64,000 nucleotides of DNA, from the NCBI RefSeq assembly GCF_964355755.1, contig NC_092672.1, positions 13,206,001 through 13,270,000 on the forward strand, read 5' to 3'. Origin of the DNA: Antedon mediterranea. Taxonomy: Eukaryota > Animalia > Echinodermata. The notes below the pieces were generated by a model. It saw only the letters and a list, made by a program, of their open reading frames with translations, searched no databases and was not told the origin of the DNA. The position numbers were made by a program, and so were the translations under genes. Every line of letters begins with the position of its first letter. Within the stretch, counting starts at the first letter, position 1. Positions 24,751 to 37,665 of this stretch are shown here, one piece after another.

Positions 24751-27700
24751 ACATAATAGCAGGATGTGACAAACATACTGGAGAATGTTTAAATGTCGCT
24801 AGTTGTGCTAGTGGATGGGGTGGGTCTGATTGTCAAATAGGTAAGTTAATTTTATAATCAAGAAATTGTATTGGCTGTAATTTGATTTTATTTATTTTTT
24901 ATTTTTTATCATCAATTAAATATACTTATAGGCTAATGAATGTTTATGTTATTTATTTATGTTTATGTTTAAGATTGACTGCTATATTTAGCGAGGTGAG
25001 ACGGCAGCCGTGTTTAAGATAGCAGTATATCTTTTAACAACACCATCTAACGAATACAAGCTTTCATTATTTTTTTTGGTCTTCCTTTCATTATTTGTTA
25101 TAAATTACGCCTACTGTCAAATAATGTGAACAAACGAAACAATTATTCATAGGTGTAGTGTAGAAAGCCAACTGAAACTGATCTAGGCTAATAGTCTGGT
25201 TTTATTTCAACGCTTCCATGTCTTTTATAATTGTTCCCATTAATTAATCAAATGAAGCTCTTAATTAATTAATCTCTCTTCAAAAATTCCGATCAAGTGC
25301 CGTTTGAATTTTTGCTGCCAAAGTTTAAAACAACAGGTGGCGCTATTGCTTTTCACGAGGGATGTTTACAGTTTCACCTTAAGATATTTTTTGTACGCGA
25401 AAACATTTTGTTTTCGTACTAACAAGCTGAAAATAGTATCACACAATCGTTTAATAATCATCGTTAATACAAAACATTCAGACTTTTATCATTATCAGCT
25501 TTGCCAATTCTCAAACGTAACCCAACTACAAGTGTTACAGAAAACAGTATAACTATAAGCTGGGAACCATGGACGAGTAGTATTGACTACGGAACAGGAC
25601 CCGTCACAAAATACCAAGTAATCTATAGGACACCACCGAACTCTGGATTTCCTTTTATATTATTGCGGAAAGTAAATGTGGACGATTTAATGCGAGTGGA
25701 CATTGATGATTTAGAACCAAGGACTAACTATGAAATAAGAATTATTTTACATAGGCAGATTGATGGAGAGAATTATACATCAATTGGTTCAAGTAAAATA
25801 GTTGTTACCTCAGGAGAAGGTAAGAAAGATATTCTAACTCATTTGCAAGATATATTTTATTACCGTTTTTATACAAGTGATATTACTACGGAGAGTAACA
25901 TATATTGGTTATTTTCAGACAAAATCATGGATTTTACATTTTATTGTGCCACACCACGAGTTGACGTTGATGATAATACGATGTCTACGTTCATTGGCGG
26001 ATATAGTGGCAGTTATCATCAAACAAGTGATATACAAATCGGAAAAATTGTTACTGAAAATGAAGATTTTCTCGGTCGTGCAATAACATGGAATTATGGA
26101 TCCAAAGCAGGAACTATTTTAGGCAATGAAACAACGTTTCCAGCTGGAACTTGTGTCGAAGTCTCAACTAATAGAAAATTTAATGCCTTACGTGTGTTTA
26201 TTGACTCTGCCAGTGGCGTTAATAAACTGGGAGTATTTTACGCAAAAGCTAATAAATATTTAGGCATGTATAGGCATATATCTAGCGAAATTGTATCAAT
26301 CGTCTTAAGTAAACATGGTAAGTTTACAAAAAACAATTCTTTGATCAGAATAAGTCTGATTGTGATGTAATGCGTATAATATACACATTATTATTTAACC
26401 TTGAATACGATTTTTGTGTTTCTTGCTATTGTGGAAAAATAATATTCGGTATTTATTACAATACCATTATTTTATTGTATAATTATGTAAGTACATGCAC
26501 CATAGTGGATTATACTGGAAGAATAAACTGAAATACTCCACAATCAAATACAATCAATAATTATTTCACCAAGAAAAAAATGATTTTGTTTTTTTATAGA
26601 AAGAAGGAACACTATCTTAAGATGTTAATTTAAACCGATCCACTTATTGTATATCTTAATAACCAATCGTTGCATTGTCCAACTTTTAAGTAGTTGGTAG
26701 CACTGTTAACAAGGCACATAACATCAGTGACTATATATGTATTTTGCTGGAGTATAATATCCTGGCTTAGATACCAGAGTCTGTTGTATATAGACTGATA
26801 TAGCTTTCTTAAAGATGTATTGTCCCCCAAAAAATGAAAAATAAAGATGAAAAAAATCAAATTTTGAATAGACCGTTTTGTAGTTAACATAAAGTTATTC
26901 ACTTCCACCGAAAAAAAATCCGAAAAAAATATTGATTTCGCTTATAAAAAAATCAAAATAAGTTTACCATTTTTTCGAACTCATCGGCTCAGAAATTAGG
27001 CCGGGAGAGCTAACTCATACATATGCATGATATGTTAATGAGCATCCACACAGCAGAGATCTGATCTAACAATGGACGATGCACGTTGTATGTACAACAA
27101 CACCACCAGAGATCGACGCGATTCGACTGTGGGTTTCCCTGGCCTGATCGTATAAATATGTAAAGCTGAGCTGTTAATTTGTCGGTAAGTAGGCCTAGAC
27201 GGTTATTTTAAATACAATAATATATATAACGCAATAATAACAGGAAGGTAAATTAATTAACTTAACCTGGGATTTTTTCAGTTCAGGGCTAGGCCTAGAA
27301 TAATTAATAGTAATACATGCTGCTGCATATTACTAGGCTAGTAGCAAGCAGACTGTGACAATCGGGTCCCTGCAGAAGATGCCCAGCTAGGCCCTATCTA
27401 TACATTGTACTCTTCATAGACTGGCCTAGGCTATATGCCATCACTCTTAGCTACATTCCGAAAATACAGCCAGCTTGCTGTACCATATATATTTACAGTT
27501 GAAGGTTGTTTAACTAATTTTTATGATAAAAATAAAACAAACATTTTTCAGGGAAAATGGTTGCAATACAAGCCTGAAATTGAGAACCTTCCAGCAGCAC
27601 TGTACAAGTAGACAGAGGGGAAAAGCCAGCTTAGCCATTTTACAACACAAACAAATGTTCTCTGTACTGTAGTAAGTCAAATATTTATTTTCTCTTTTTA

Positions 27701-30700
27701 TAAGTTATAACATTATAAGTAATGTGTTTTAATTACCATAGAAAGGTAGTATACTTATTTGACTATGTCAAAGTAAGCAATTTCACTAGCCCAATTTTGC
27801 ACTAAATATGCATGATCTATTTTTTCCAGATTTTCATACTTTGCTTTTACTTTTTTTAAAGACGTTGAGCTGATGAAGACTGGAACAGAGGTCACCCAAA
27901 GACAACAATGATAGACTCGGTATTGGAATATGATTGGATGTTGCAGGAAAAATATTTCTGACTCTCCTGCTGCATTTGGCCAATATGTTCTTGTCCAGCT
28001 TGTAAAATATTGTATAATTTTTTTTGTATTATATGTACAGTATATTATTTTGTAAACATAACATTCAATAAATAAAAAAAAACTACTACAACAGTACACA
28101 GGATAAATTCTTCAAATTTACTTACACTTCATAATTTTACTGTAAATATTACAGTGCAAAAGGAGTTAATAAAATATATATATACAGTATATCTGATTGA
28201 ATTCCTGTATTGTTTTTTGTGTCAATTTGTCTACTAATTATCAATGTGTTGATTGTGGCAGTAATTACGACAGCTATAGTCTTCTAAGATCGCTCACATC
28301 CATTACAAAGTGTTATTTTAATAGTAAGAAACGTTTCAATAAATTGTGAATGTTGCCACTGTACGATACATTTTATGTTTCTCACTACTTGCTCTTATTG
28401 TTCAATCAATCAACCTAAAAAAAAAAAGAAATTTGTGTCAAAATATCTGCATAAAATGTTTATTTGCGGAATGTTAATTTGAACCTATTGCATTTGATAC
28501 AGAAAATATTAAAAAAATATTGCATCAGTAAAACATCCAAAACAATATTTAGATCATTTTTTTTTTTTTAATTTTCACTGCCGCATAGATAGTTGAAATC
28601 TTTAAAAATTAAACCAATTCATCATGATTAAAACAAAAATACATCCCTTCTGGTGGTGTTCTACTGTAGCCCTAGCTAGCAGTGTACTGCCTAGGCCTAC
28701 TACACTCTACTTCTAGAGACAGAAGTAGGCAGCAGTTAGGCTACTCGAGACTGTCAGTGCTAGTAGTAGTAGTACTAGTAGTAGTACAGTAGCAGCAAAT
28801 TCGGGCCTAGGCCTAGCTAGGCCTCTCCTGTTAGCGAAACAAAAACTCACCTAAATGAATAAGATTCAACATCAAAGTTGCCAACTGTAATTCTAACTTA
28901 GCATTCTGCTAGCTATAGTTTTCGTGTTTTCTTCAAGATTCGTCTCGCATCACTCCTCGACTCTCTCGCACGCATGCATCGCGCATTGCTATAGTTGTTG
29001 GCTGTTGATTTGGAAAGCATCATCATCCACACGATGTATCCATACAATATGAATATTTATGAGCTAACTCAGGTCAAGGGTTAAATTAAACCGGAACACA
29101 TTTGTCTTCCAGACAAATAGCTTCCGGTTGGTTAATTTTTGCATTAAATTGCGATTTTCCCGTGTAAAAAATTATTTTTTTCAATCCAAATTGAGGTCAA
29201 AGTGAATAACTTTTATGTGTAATTAAAATGGCCTATTCAACAAAAATATTGAAAAAAAAAATTCTTTCAGGGGGACAATACATCTTTAAATTACAAATTC
29301 GTATTACGTGATTCAATATAATAGGTTTTCTGCAAACGTTGGTGTTCCTTGCAATACGGTACTACGGTAGATACTTATGCAATATTGTTTTTAATTATTT
29401 AGATGTAGGCCTAGGATGTAGTGTTCAGAGTACACTACATAAAATAGATTAATTATAACAATTATATACTGTTAATTTTAGCATCAATAACGTCTATTAG
29501 AAGAACTTGGACAACCGGTATAGGAGAACGTGTAATGATGAACATGGTTGGTGACAACTCGACAGATAAATGGTGGCGCCACAATGGCATTACTCTTAAC
29601 GAATGGAACAGTCTTTTCATCCGAATAGATGTGGTAAGAAAACAAGATGCTGGAATATACGAATGCTTACCTAGCGAAAATTGGGAGAATGGGAATAAAG
29701 GAATTACAAACTTAATTGTCAGAGGTAAACAAATGATTTACTTTAAACGATCTAATGCTAACAAATGTGTAATAGTCAAATGATTATTAGGCCTATTTCA
29801 GTCGTGGTACTTACATTTTCAGAGTGTCCACTTCGTAAATGGGGACCACCTGATTGTTTACGCAACTGTCCAACTTGCTACAATGGTGGAGTTTGTGATG
29901 ACGTAACAGGATCATGTGTCTGTACAGTCGGCTTTCGTGGTATCAACTGTGAAATAGGTCCGAAAGTATAATTATTATCTGTATCCATTATTAGTAATTA
30001 TCTGTATAACTTTATAAGTTTATGTACAGTATGTACAGCTACTAGTCCCTATATAGATTTAATTTTAAAGGTTTGTGTAAAGGTGTCGTATCTTCAGATG
30101 TAACCCTCTTCATATCTAAACAACAATATCAAAAATACACATCGTACAAACATTTAACTCGTATGCATTATTTCACAGCGCTAACATGCACAATATTTTT
30201 AATGAAAAAAACTAACATATCAAAGGCATTTTAAATTTAAATAAAACAATATTCACGCATGACTTCAGCCTATAATTATAGTTTTTATATTGTTACGCGC
30301 GTCAATATTACTCGTAGTATAGAACCTAGACTATACTAAACAGTAACAATAAGCACATTTAAGCACTTATGACATTACAGAACTACTCAAAACCTGTACC
30401 AATTAGTATTATGGTAGTAAGGGTAGTTGATTTAGTATTTATTTTGCATTATTCTTTAATTTATTCGGAAAATAGCATGTGGTTCACAATTATTTGGAAG
30501 GAAATGTACTATATATTGTGCAAAATCTAATGAAGAATCTTGTATGGGGAAAATGATTTGTCCACCATCACCACAAGGATGTTCTTGCACTGATGGATAT
30601 ACTGGTCCGGACTGTATTCAAGGTATGATACCTTTACAGTAGAAAGTTGAATAAAGTATAAACCGCTTTAGTGAAGTCTTTATATATATTGTTATAAAGT

Positions 30701-33700
30701 CACAACATGCGCAATAGGGCTAGCTAATAAAAGTAAATGACTATATATCATAAATAAACTAATTTAGTTTAAAATTAGTAATCACTCGTATATCTGAAAA
30801 CATTATAACAATAATTTAATAAGCAGAACCAAAAATTATCCATATAAGCTATGCTTTTATATTTATTCTTTTATCTTAGAAATATTGTTATATTATCTTT
30901 ATGTAAACATTTTTAAGTTAAATATATTTTTTTTTTAATTATGTAGAATGTTCTCTTGGAATGTATGGCTCTGATTGTCAGCAGAAGTGCCAGTGTGACA
31001 TCAGTCATTGTGATCGAAAGGTTGGATGTAGTGGAACATGTTACGAAGGATATACTGGACCTCAATGCCAAGGTAACGAAAACGAAGTAATAATAATTAA
31101 TCGCCTATCTGGACGAGTACGATCCTATTATCTGAAGTGTTTGAAGAACAATAGGTAGATGCTTATTTATCAATATGTTTTCCCAATCTGTATGATAACC
31201 TATCTAAAAATCTGTCTTTATTAAAGGAAATAATCTTGGTATTGCTTTTTGCATTTCCTAGATGTAAATTTAAGTTTAATTTAGGCCTATATCAATTTCA
31301 GAATTGGTGCATGACCGTACTTGTTCCAATGGTCACTTTGGTGCACTATGTAACTATCCTTGTCATTGCCAACACTCATCTAATTGTCATCGTAATGGAA
31401 GCTGTGATAATGGATGTGCTGCCGAATGGACAGGGACCGACTGCAGTATTGGTATGTTTTACATAAGCAATAATTGTGTAAAGATTAGCATGGCGAATAA
31501 ACACTAGTCATTTTAGGTTTGTATTTCAAAACCGTCTTCTGGAGAATGCCAGGCAAGTAAAGATCAGTCGGATATTAAGTATTAAATACAGTAGTCTAAG
31601 GTGAGTTCATCACAAGATAATAGCAAACTAGGCTTATTATTTCACACTAGGACAAAGCATTGATGATATTGTTAATTTTAGTTTAAAATAATGTTAGATG
31701 AGTAATTTTATAGAGTATAGTTGTGATTATTTAATATAGTAGCAGCCATTTTCTATGATTCAGAAAAAAATGGAACTAGTTTTTAAACTCAGGAGACATA
31801 GCATTACGTATATTAGGTTCACTTACAAGTTACTTTTACCTTATCTATAAGTGACCTTTTAATCAATATTGTTTATAAATAATACAGCCCTGCCGTATAT
31901 ATGGAGAAGATTGAACGTGACAAATATACAAGCAACTAGTATAGATGTGTCTCATTTATGGGTATTTGGTAAAGACTTTGGAACTGGACCCGCTACTGCT
32001 TATATATTATGTTACCGCAGCACCACCGATTGGTTTTGTCAGAAAACATTGAACATATTTTCAACAATCGCTGGCCTAATACCAAATACAACAATTGAAG
32101 TAAAGGTTCAAGTTTTCAAAAAGATCGATAATGATCACATCGGAGGTCCTGTGAAAACAGTTACAACAATCAGAACTATTTGTCTTGGTAAATTCAAAAC
32201 TAATAATTTTTCATTATTGAATGTAGGCCTACTTAAATTTTGTTTTCACCGTTATCAAATAAATAAGTTTTTTAGCCATTATGTCTAATGTGTTTCGAAC
32301 CGTCGACACATTTTTTATTTGATTCCCTTTTCTAGACCATTAACCATTTACAAATCTCACACTTAATTAATCCCATCTGATTTTATCTGGTTTTTTTTTT
32401 CTTTTTCTTTTAATCTAAGTTTCTCCCAATTCCTCAGCCAAATACTTTTAGGCCACCACAGCAACAAGTATGCGTGTTAGTGACTTACCTTTAATTAACT
32501 ATTACTCATTTAAACATGGCAGCTTATTCAATGCAGATTGTTTGCGATGGAAAAAACATTTAACACAACTATACTTGAAGAAAAAATCTTTCTACAAAAT
32601 TCAGTTCTAACCATTAGAACTGAATCTGGTAGAATAATCACCAACATTTTGAGATAAATATATATATATATAGGTAACTTTATTCCAAAAAATGTAACAA
32701 AACCACGCACTGTGGATTTACAAAATCTGATACGTTCTTATATGCATGCATCCTACAACAACAAAAAATATAAAATAACGTAAAAATAAAGATTCAAAAT
32801 AACAAAAAGCCACTTATTTCTGTTGCTGACAATCTCACGCAAATTAATTAGGTTGTTTAAATTATTTATCTTAAAATTTCTGATAAATAAATCATTTCTA
32901 AGTGTACTTAACAGATTGGTTTGATGTTTTCCAATTCGCCCTTTTATTGGATTAGAGTGTACTATACCAAACACCAATGCTAAAAAAGCAGGAGTATCTT
33001 CACTCATTCTAAGTATATGGCCAAGCATAGACCACCTAAGTTTATTTACATTCTCAGATAAAGGTTTAGTATTTGTTACCAAATATAACTTATTATTGCT
33101 AATCTTTTTCGGATATTTCACATTAATAATAGTTCTTAAGTGGGACCTATGACAGGTATCAATTTTTGGGAGCAGACCAGCTATTGCAATTATACAATAA
33201 AATAGATACAACTAATACATTATATAACTTGAGTTTCAAATCAGTTGCAATATTTTTCTTAAGCCACACATTATTAAAGTTGTTAAATGCTACATTTGCT
33301 AATATAATTCTATGCTTAATATCCTTAGTAGTATCTAAAAATGAACCTAAGACCCTATGAGACCTCCATACTTCAGATTTTGGGTCCTTACTATCAATAA
33401 ACACATGGTTAAACTCAGTCTTGCTTTCATTAATAAATAAATTCCAATCTTTAAAAACTTTAACAGCAATTGGCAAGACATTATCAAGTTCGCTCTTGAG
33501 TTCAGAAAGAAAGTCAATATCGTCAGCATAGGAGAATTCAAGCGGGAAACATTTAATGTCAATTGGTGGATTAGGTCTGAAAGTAGTCATAGCTCTTAAC
33601 TGGTACAAAGCTCCAGCAAATGTGATAGTAAAAAAAAGTCCTGATAAACAATCGCCTTGAAACGAACCTAATACAGATTCAAACGAACTGGAAAGTTTAC

Positions 33701-35536
33701 CACCAACTTTTACTTGTAGTTTGGTATTTGACAACATAAACCTAACTAGGCGTATGTCATCGTCAGAACAACCAGCATCGCTTAGTAAACGTAACACAGT
33801 ATCACGTTTAATAGTATCAAACGCAGAAGACATGTCTAAACCCATTTTGTAGAATTCCCTTTTTTTTTTAGATAAATACTAATTTATTTATAATTTTATT
33901 TATTTGTTTATTAAAATCAATAAAGAAATTTGAAATTGTACGATATATAGTATTTATAATAATATATTATATTGTTTAAACGTAATTTATACGGTACGCA
34001 TATGACATTAATGTAGTTTATCGTATAATCTTAGTAAAATACAAAATAAAAAATGCAGATCGAGGTAGATTACTGTAATGTAATTTTTACTGACTAATTC
34101 ATTACAGAACCTCTTGATTCGCCAAAGATAGAAACATTGTCAACCATCAAGGACACTATTGTAGTAAAATGGAAGGTGGGAATAACAATGGTATTATCCA
34201 TTTTAGTCTATTTCAGTTTTGAAACTCAATCGAATTTTGATAATAGATCAACTTTTAACCCAATTTATTAAATTTGGATTGTTATATGTAAGTATGCCTA
34301 TTAATACAATGATATTATTCATATATCACATATTTTTCCTTTTATCACTATGCAAAATTTAAATGTTCTGTATTCACGACTGGGGTGCACAGAGGGGTGG
34401 ACACGTTAATATAGGGCCTAATGTATGTAGTAGGTTTTACTGATTTATCTTTTTCTCAAAGGCTGTAGATTTCAATCCTACACGGCTGCAGTGTGACAGT
34501 TTATTACATTATGCCGTTGGTTACCAGACTGAGGTTAACGACGCTTGGGAAACATTTCAAGTTCATTATGATCAGACCGAAGCAACTATTCGTAGTTTAG
34601 CTTATAATATGGTATATCAAGTTAGAGTTAGGGCAGTGAATACAGCAGGAATTACAGGACCATGGAGTGAAATGTGGAAAATTAAAATTCCAGAAAATAA
34701 AACTGGTAAGATTTCGTTCTTTGTAGGCCTAATGGACAATGAATACTAAAATCTTCAATGCGCTTTGCGGTAAAAAATATAATGCTAGAAAATTACGATT
34801 TCAAACCGTAGTAGAACGATATTTTAAAATAGCTTGTATTGTTTCAATATTTTTTTCCATTTTGCTAAATCTACTATGCCTAAATAAACTAATGTTTATA
34901 TATTTATTCTTAATTTGAAACGATAAAGATGAGGAAATCCGTGAGAATGAGAAAAAGTCACTCCAACCGAGACTCGATCTCGGACCGTCTGCTTGATATG
35001 CAGTTGTCCTAACCATTATATTTATTCTTATATACAAATATAAATAAACGAATTGTTTATACATTTTTTTCGACTAAATAAACTAATTGCTTGTACATTT
35101 TCTTATTAGGAGCAAAGATAGCTATATATATGCGCTCATTAGTTGTCGCATTGTTACTTACCGTTGTGGTTCTTGTAAAATTGAGGTATGTGTTAAGTGA
35201 CCCCAGTTTGTAATTGTAATTAATTGCATTCATTTGAATAATCAACAACTGAAATTTAAACAAAATCAGTGCATCTATTAGTTTTTCAAACATACAACAT
35301 TTTCATCTCAATTATCATCGCCAAGAAGAATATTTTACCATTTAATAAAAACTACGCTTACTAATTCCTATTTCAGACAAATGAAGCGCGAGATTAATGG
35401 ATTTAAAAAGGATTCTGAGAAATTTCAGATTAACACAATATCAAAGCCGTCACAAAATGACCAAGATGACAGTTACACTTCATTGCAAAAAGAAGAGCGT
35501 TGTTTGACAGAATCGCTGATACAACGTACTGTATAA
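24751..35536 (+). CDS. Receptor B: partial tandem paralog of receptor A (half EGF, FN3, Ig-like, Ig, EGFx4, FN3, FN3, Arg-containing TM, short tail)
   Basis: In-frame AG/GT exons: 24751-24840, 25499-25819, 25919-26317, 29482-29724, 29823-29957, 30476-30622, 30947-31072, 31302-31451, 31888-32187, 34108-34175, 34462-34705, 35110-35185 (TM IAIYMRSLVVALLLTVVVLV), 35377-35536 (tail ending ESLIQRTV*). Ectodomain and TM indels versus A are multiples of 3. No start or signal exon of its own was seen. Confidence 0.75.
26813..29285. mobile_element. Kolobok-like non-autonomous DNA transposon (2.5 kb) in a receptor B intron
   Basis: TTAA|AGATGTATTGTCCCCC ... GGGGGACAATACATCT|TTAA; no intact ORF inside. 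Confidence 0.75.
32753..33850 (-). mobile_element. 5'-truncated RTE-clade LINE fragment (reverse transcriptase), frameshifted
   Basis: ORF 33159-33845 has DMSSAFD, QGDCLS and YADD; ORF 32753-33211 has LRWSMLGHILRM, an RTE-type C-terminal motif. Confidence 0.8.
34958..35020 (-). mobile_element. tRNA-derived SINE remnant
   Basis: Reverse strand TAATGGTTAGGACAACTGCATATCAAGCAGACGGTCCGAGATCGAGTCTCGG shows cloverleaf-like D, anticodon and T arms. Confidence 0.45.
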
Positions 35537-37274
35537 TGAAATCTGTGAAGGCTTAGAGAAGGAAAGAGGACCTGATGCACGAAAAAAACCTCCGGTGCTT
35601 AAGAAACCAACAATTACGAATGACAAAGAATAACACGATTTGTGGGCATATAACACATGAAAAATCTTTGTATGCATTCTGCTATGCAGTAAATATGTCA
35701 TAAATATGGCTACATAGTTTTCTATAATATATAATATCTTAAAAGTTACGATTAACACGTTTTTATTAAATATTAAAATGTATTGAGTGTTTTTTATCTG
35801 TTTTTTTTAGTTTATAATGATAGGTAAACTAAAATATATGCTAATTCTGCCAAGTAAAATACTGTTTATGGATTAGATGATTTGTTTTCTCTTTTGTGGG
35901 GATTTTACATTTCCTTTTTTATCATTATTATATTGAAAACAATTGTTATAATGGAAAACATGAAAAACAATGCACATCCAAATTTAAATTAAAGGAGGAG
36001 CTAATGTAATATTTTATTACTTATTACAAGTATTTGTAGACACAGTTATAAACACGAACATTGTTTTAAATGTATTAACGGCAGTATTAGGTTTCTATCT
36101 CAACTTTCCTACTTATATTAATATAATAAGTAGTATCGTACGGTATTACATCATTGTTTTCTTTTACATATATTATTATTGTCTCTTCATCTCTTCATAG
36201 CCTTTTGAAAAAAATATGTTATTTGACTGTGATGGTTACTCTTTGGTTAGGTGTCATTAATTTATAGAACGACGTAATGTATTACAGTAAGTACGTAGCA
36301 AGACTGTTCATTTTAGGTATTTGTAACAGGCCATCGTTGAAACTATTACTGCAACAACAGACAAAATATGTTATCATTTCCTTTTTTGTAGATAATGTAG
36401 TTGCTTTTTGCATTGTTGATTACCTTGTTGTAGGCCTAAGCGCACGTACAAAAAATTCGCATACGGAAAAAGATTATTCTGATTCTGAACATGAAATCTA
36501 ACAGCGCTGAATATTGTTAAATCTATAACAGTATTAAACACTGACTAACTGCTGACGGAATTTTTGGATAGAATATACGTACTAATTTAGACTAAAAAGC
36601 ATTTAAATTAGCTTTAGATCGTTTATATGATTTTGATTAATTAAAGGAAACAACTCTTAAGACATGGACGCGTTGGAAAAACCGAATTAGCCTAAATCAG
36701 TTTTAGTTACCTGGCTAAATTTCGTAATGGTATCGCCAGGGGTGCAGCCAGTGGGTGAGTGACGGAGGGTCCACCGTTAATCGTCACCGTCACAGCGAAT
36801 CGTCAAATCAAAATTTTATTAACTTAAAAATTTAAACTAACAACGGATCGATATATAGATATAATAAATATTTTTGAGGTATATTTGTAATATAAGCGGA
36901 TACATACCCGTATCTAAATATGGTTTATGGTTTTAAATTTATATATTTATACCTAAAACAGTATATTGTCAAATCTACAGTGCCTGTTTGTAAAACTTGT
37001 GCTACACTGTTCCTCTCTTTTGTTATTGCTCTGTATAGCCTAATAAAATGTATGCAATCAGTTATTTAGTTTGTTTGTTATTATTAAAATTCAACACAGT
37101 ATACTGGGAGAAGTCTCATGTTATTCCCCCTTATTTACATTTATAACTATTTTCTTATAAAGATGTATCTTTTAGGCTTAAATAAATAATAATAGGCCTA
37201 ATAATAACACTAATAACACCAATAATAACAATAATAACAATAACAATAACACTAAAAATAACAATAAATAATCT

Positions 37275-37665
37275 GCAAGACAATTTCAATATAGGTTAGA
37301 TTTGCTATTTCGTGATATCATCATGTCCTCTGCAAAACCACTTGGTGACGTTGTAGACTATGTATCAAGAATAGAGTTTCAGGCACGTGGTTCGCCTCAT
37401 GCACACATGATACTATGGGTAAAAAATGCCCCCAAACTAGATGTGAACTCAGATGCCGAAATTTGTGCATTTTTAGATGAACGAATTTCTTGCACTCTTC
37501 CGGACAATGACCCTGATTTGCTTGAGCTTGTAGAGAACTTACAGGTACACAACCATTCGGCATATTGTCGCTAGAAAGGCTCTTGTAGATTTCACTATCC
37601 TCGACCTCCTAGTTCCAGAACACTTTTAGCCCGAGAACCTAATGACGAGCTTGCCCCTGCCAAAA
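37275..37665 (+). mobile_element. Helitron/Helentron Rep (HUH) transposase fragment
   Basis: RIEFQARGSPHAHMILW (HUH motif 2) and QVHNHSAYC; followed by an in-frame stop. Confidence 0.8.

Noticed and set aside
36277-37260. Search for kinase or phosphatase exons downstream of the receptors
   Set aside because: No GxGxxG, HRD, DFG or HCSAG motifs are visible in the ORF track or by eye.
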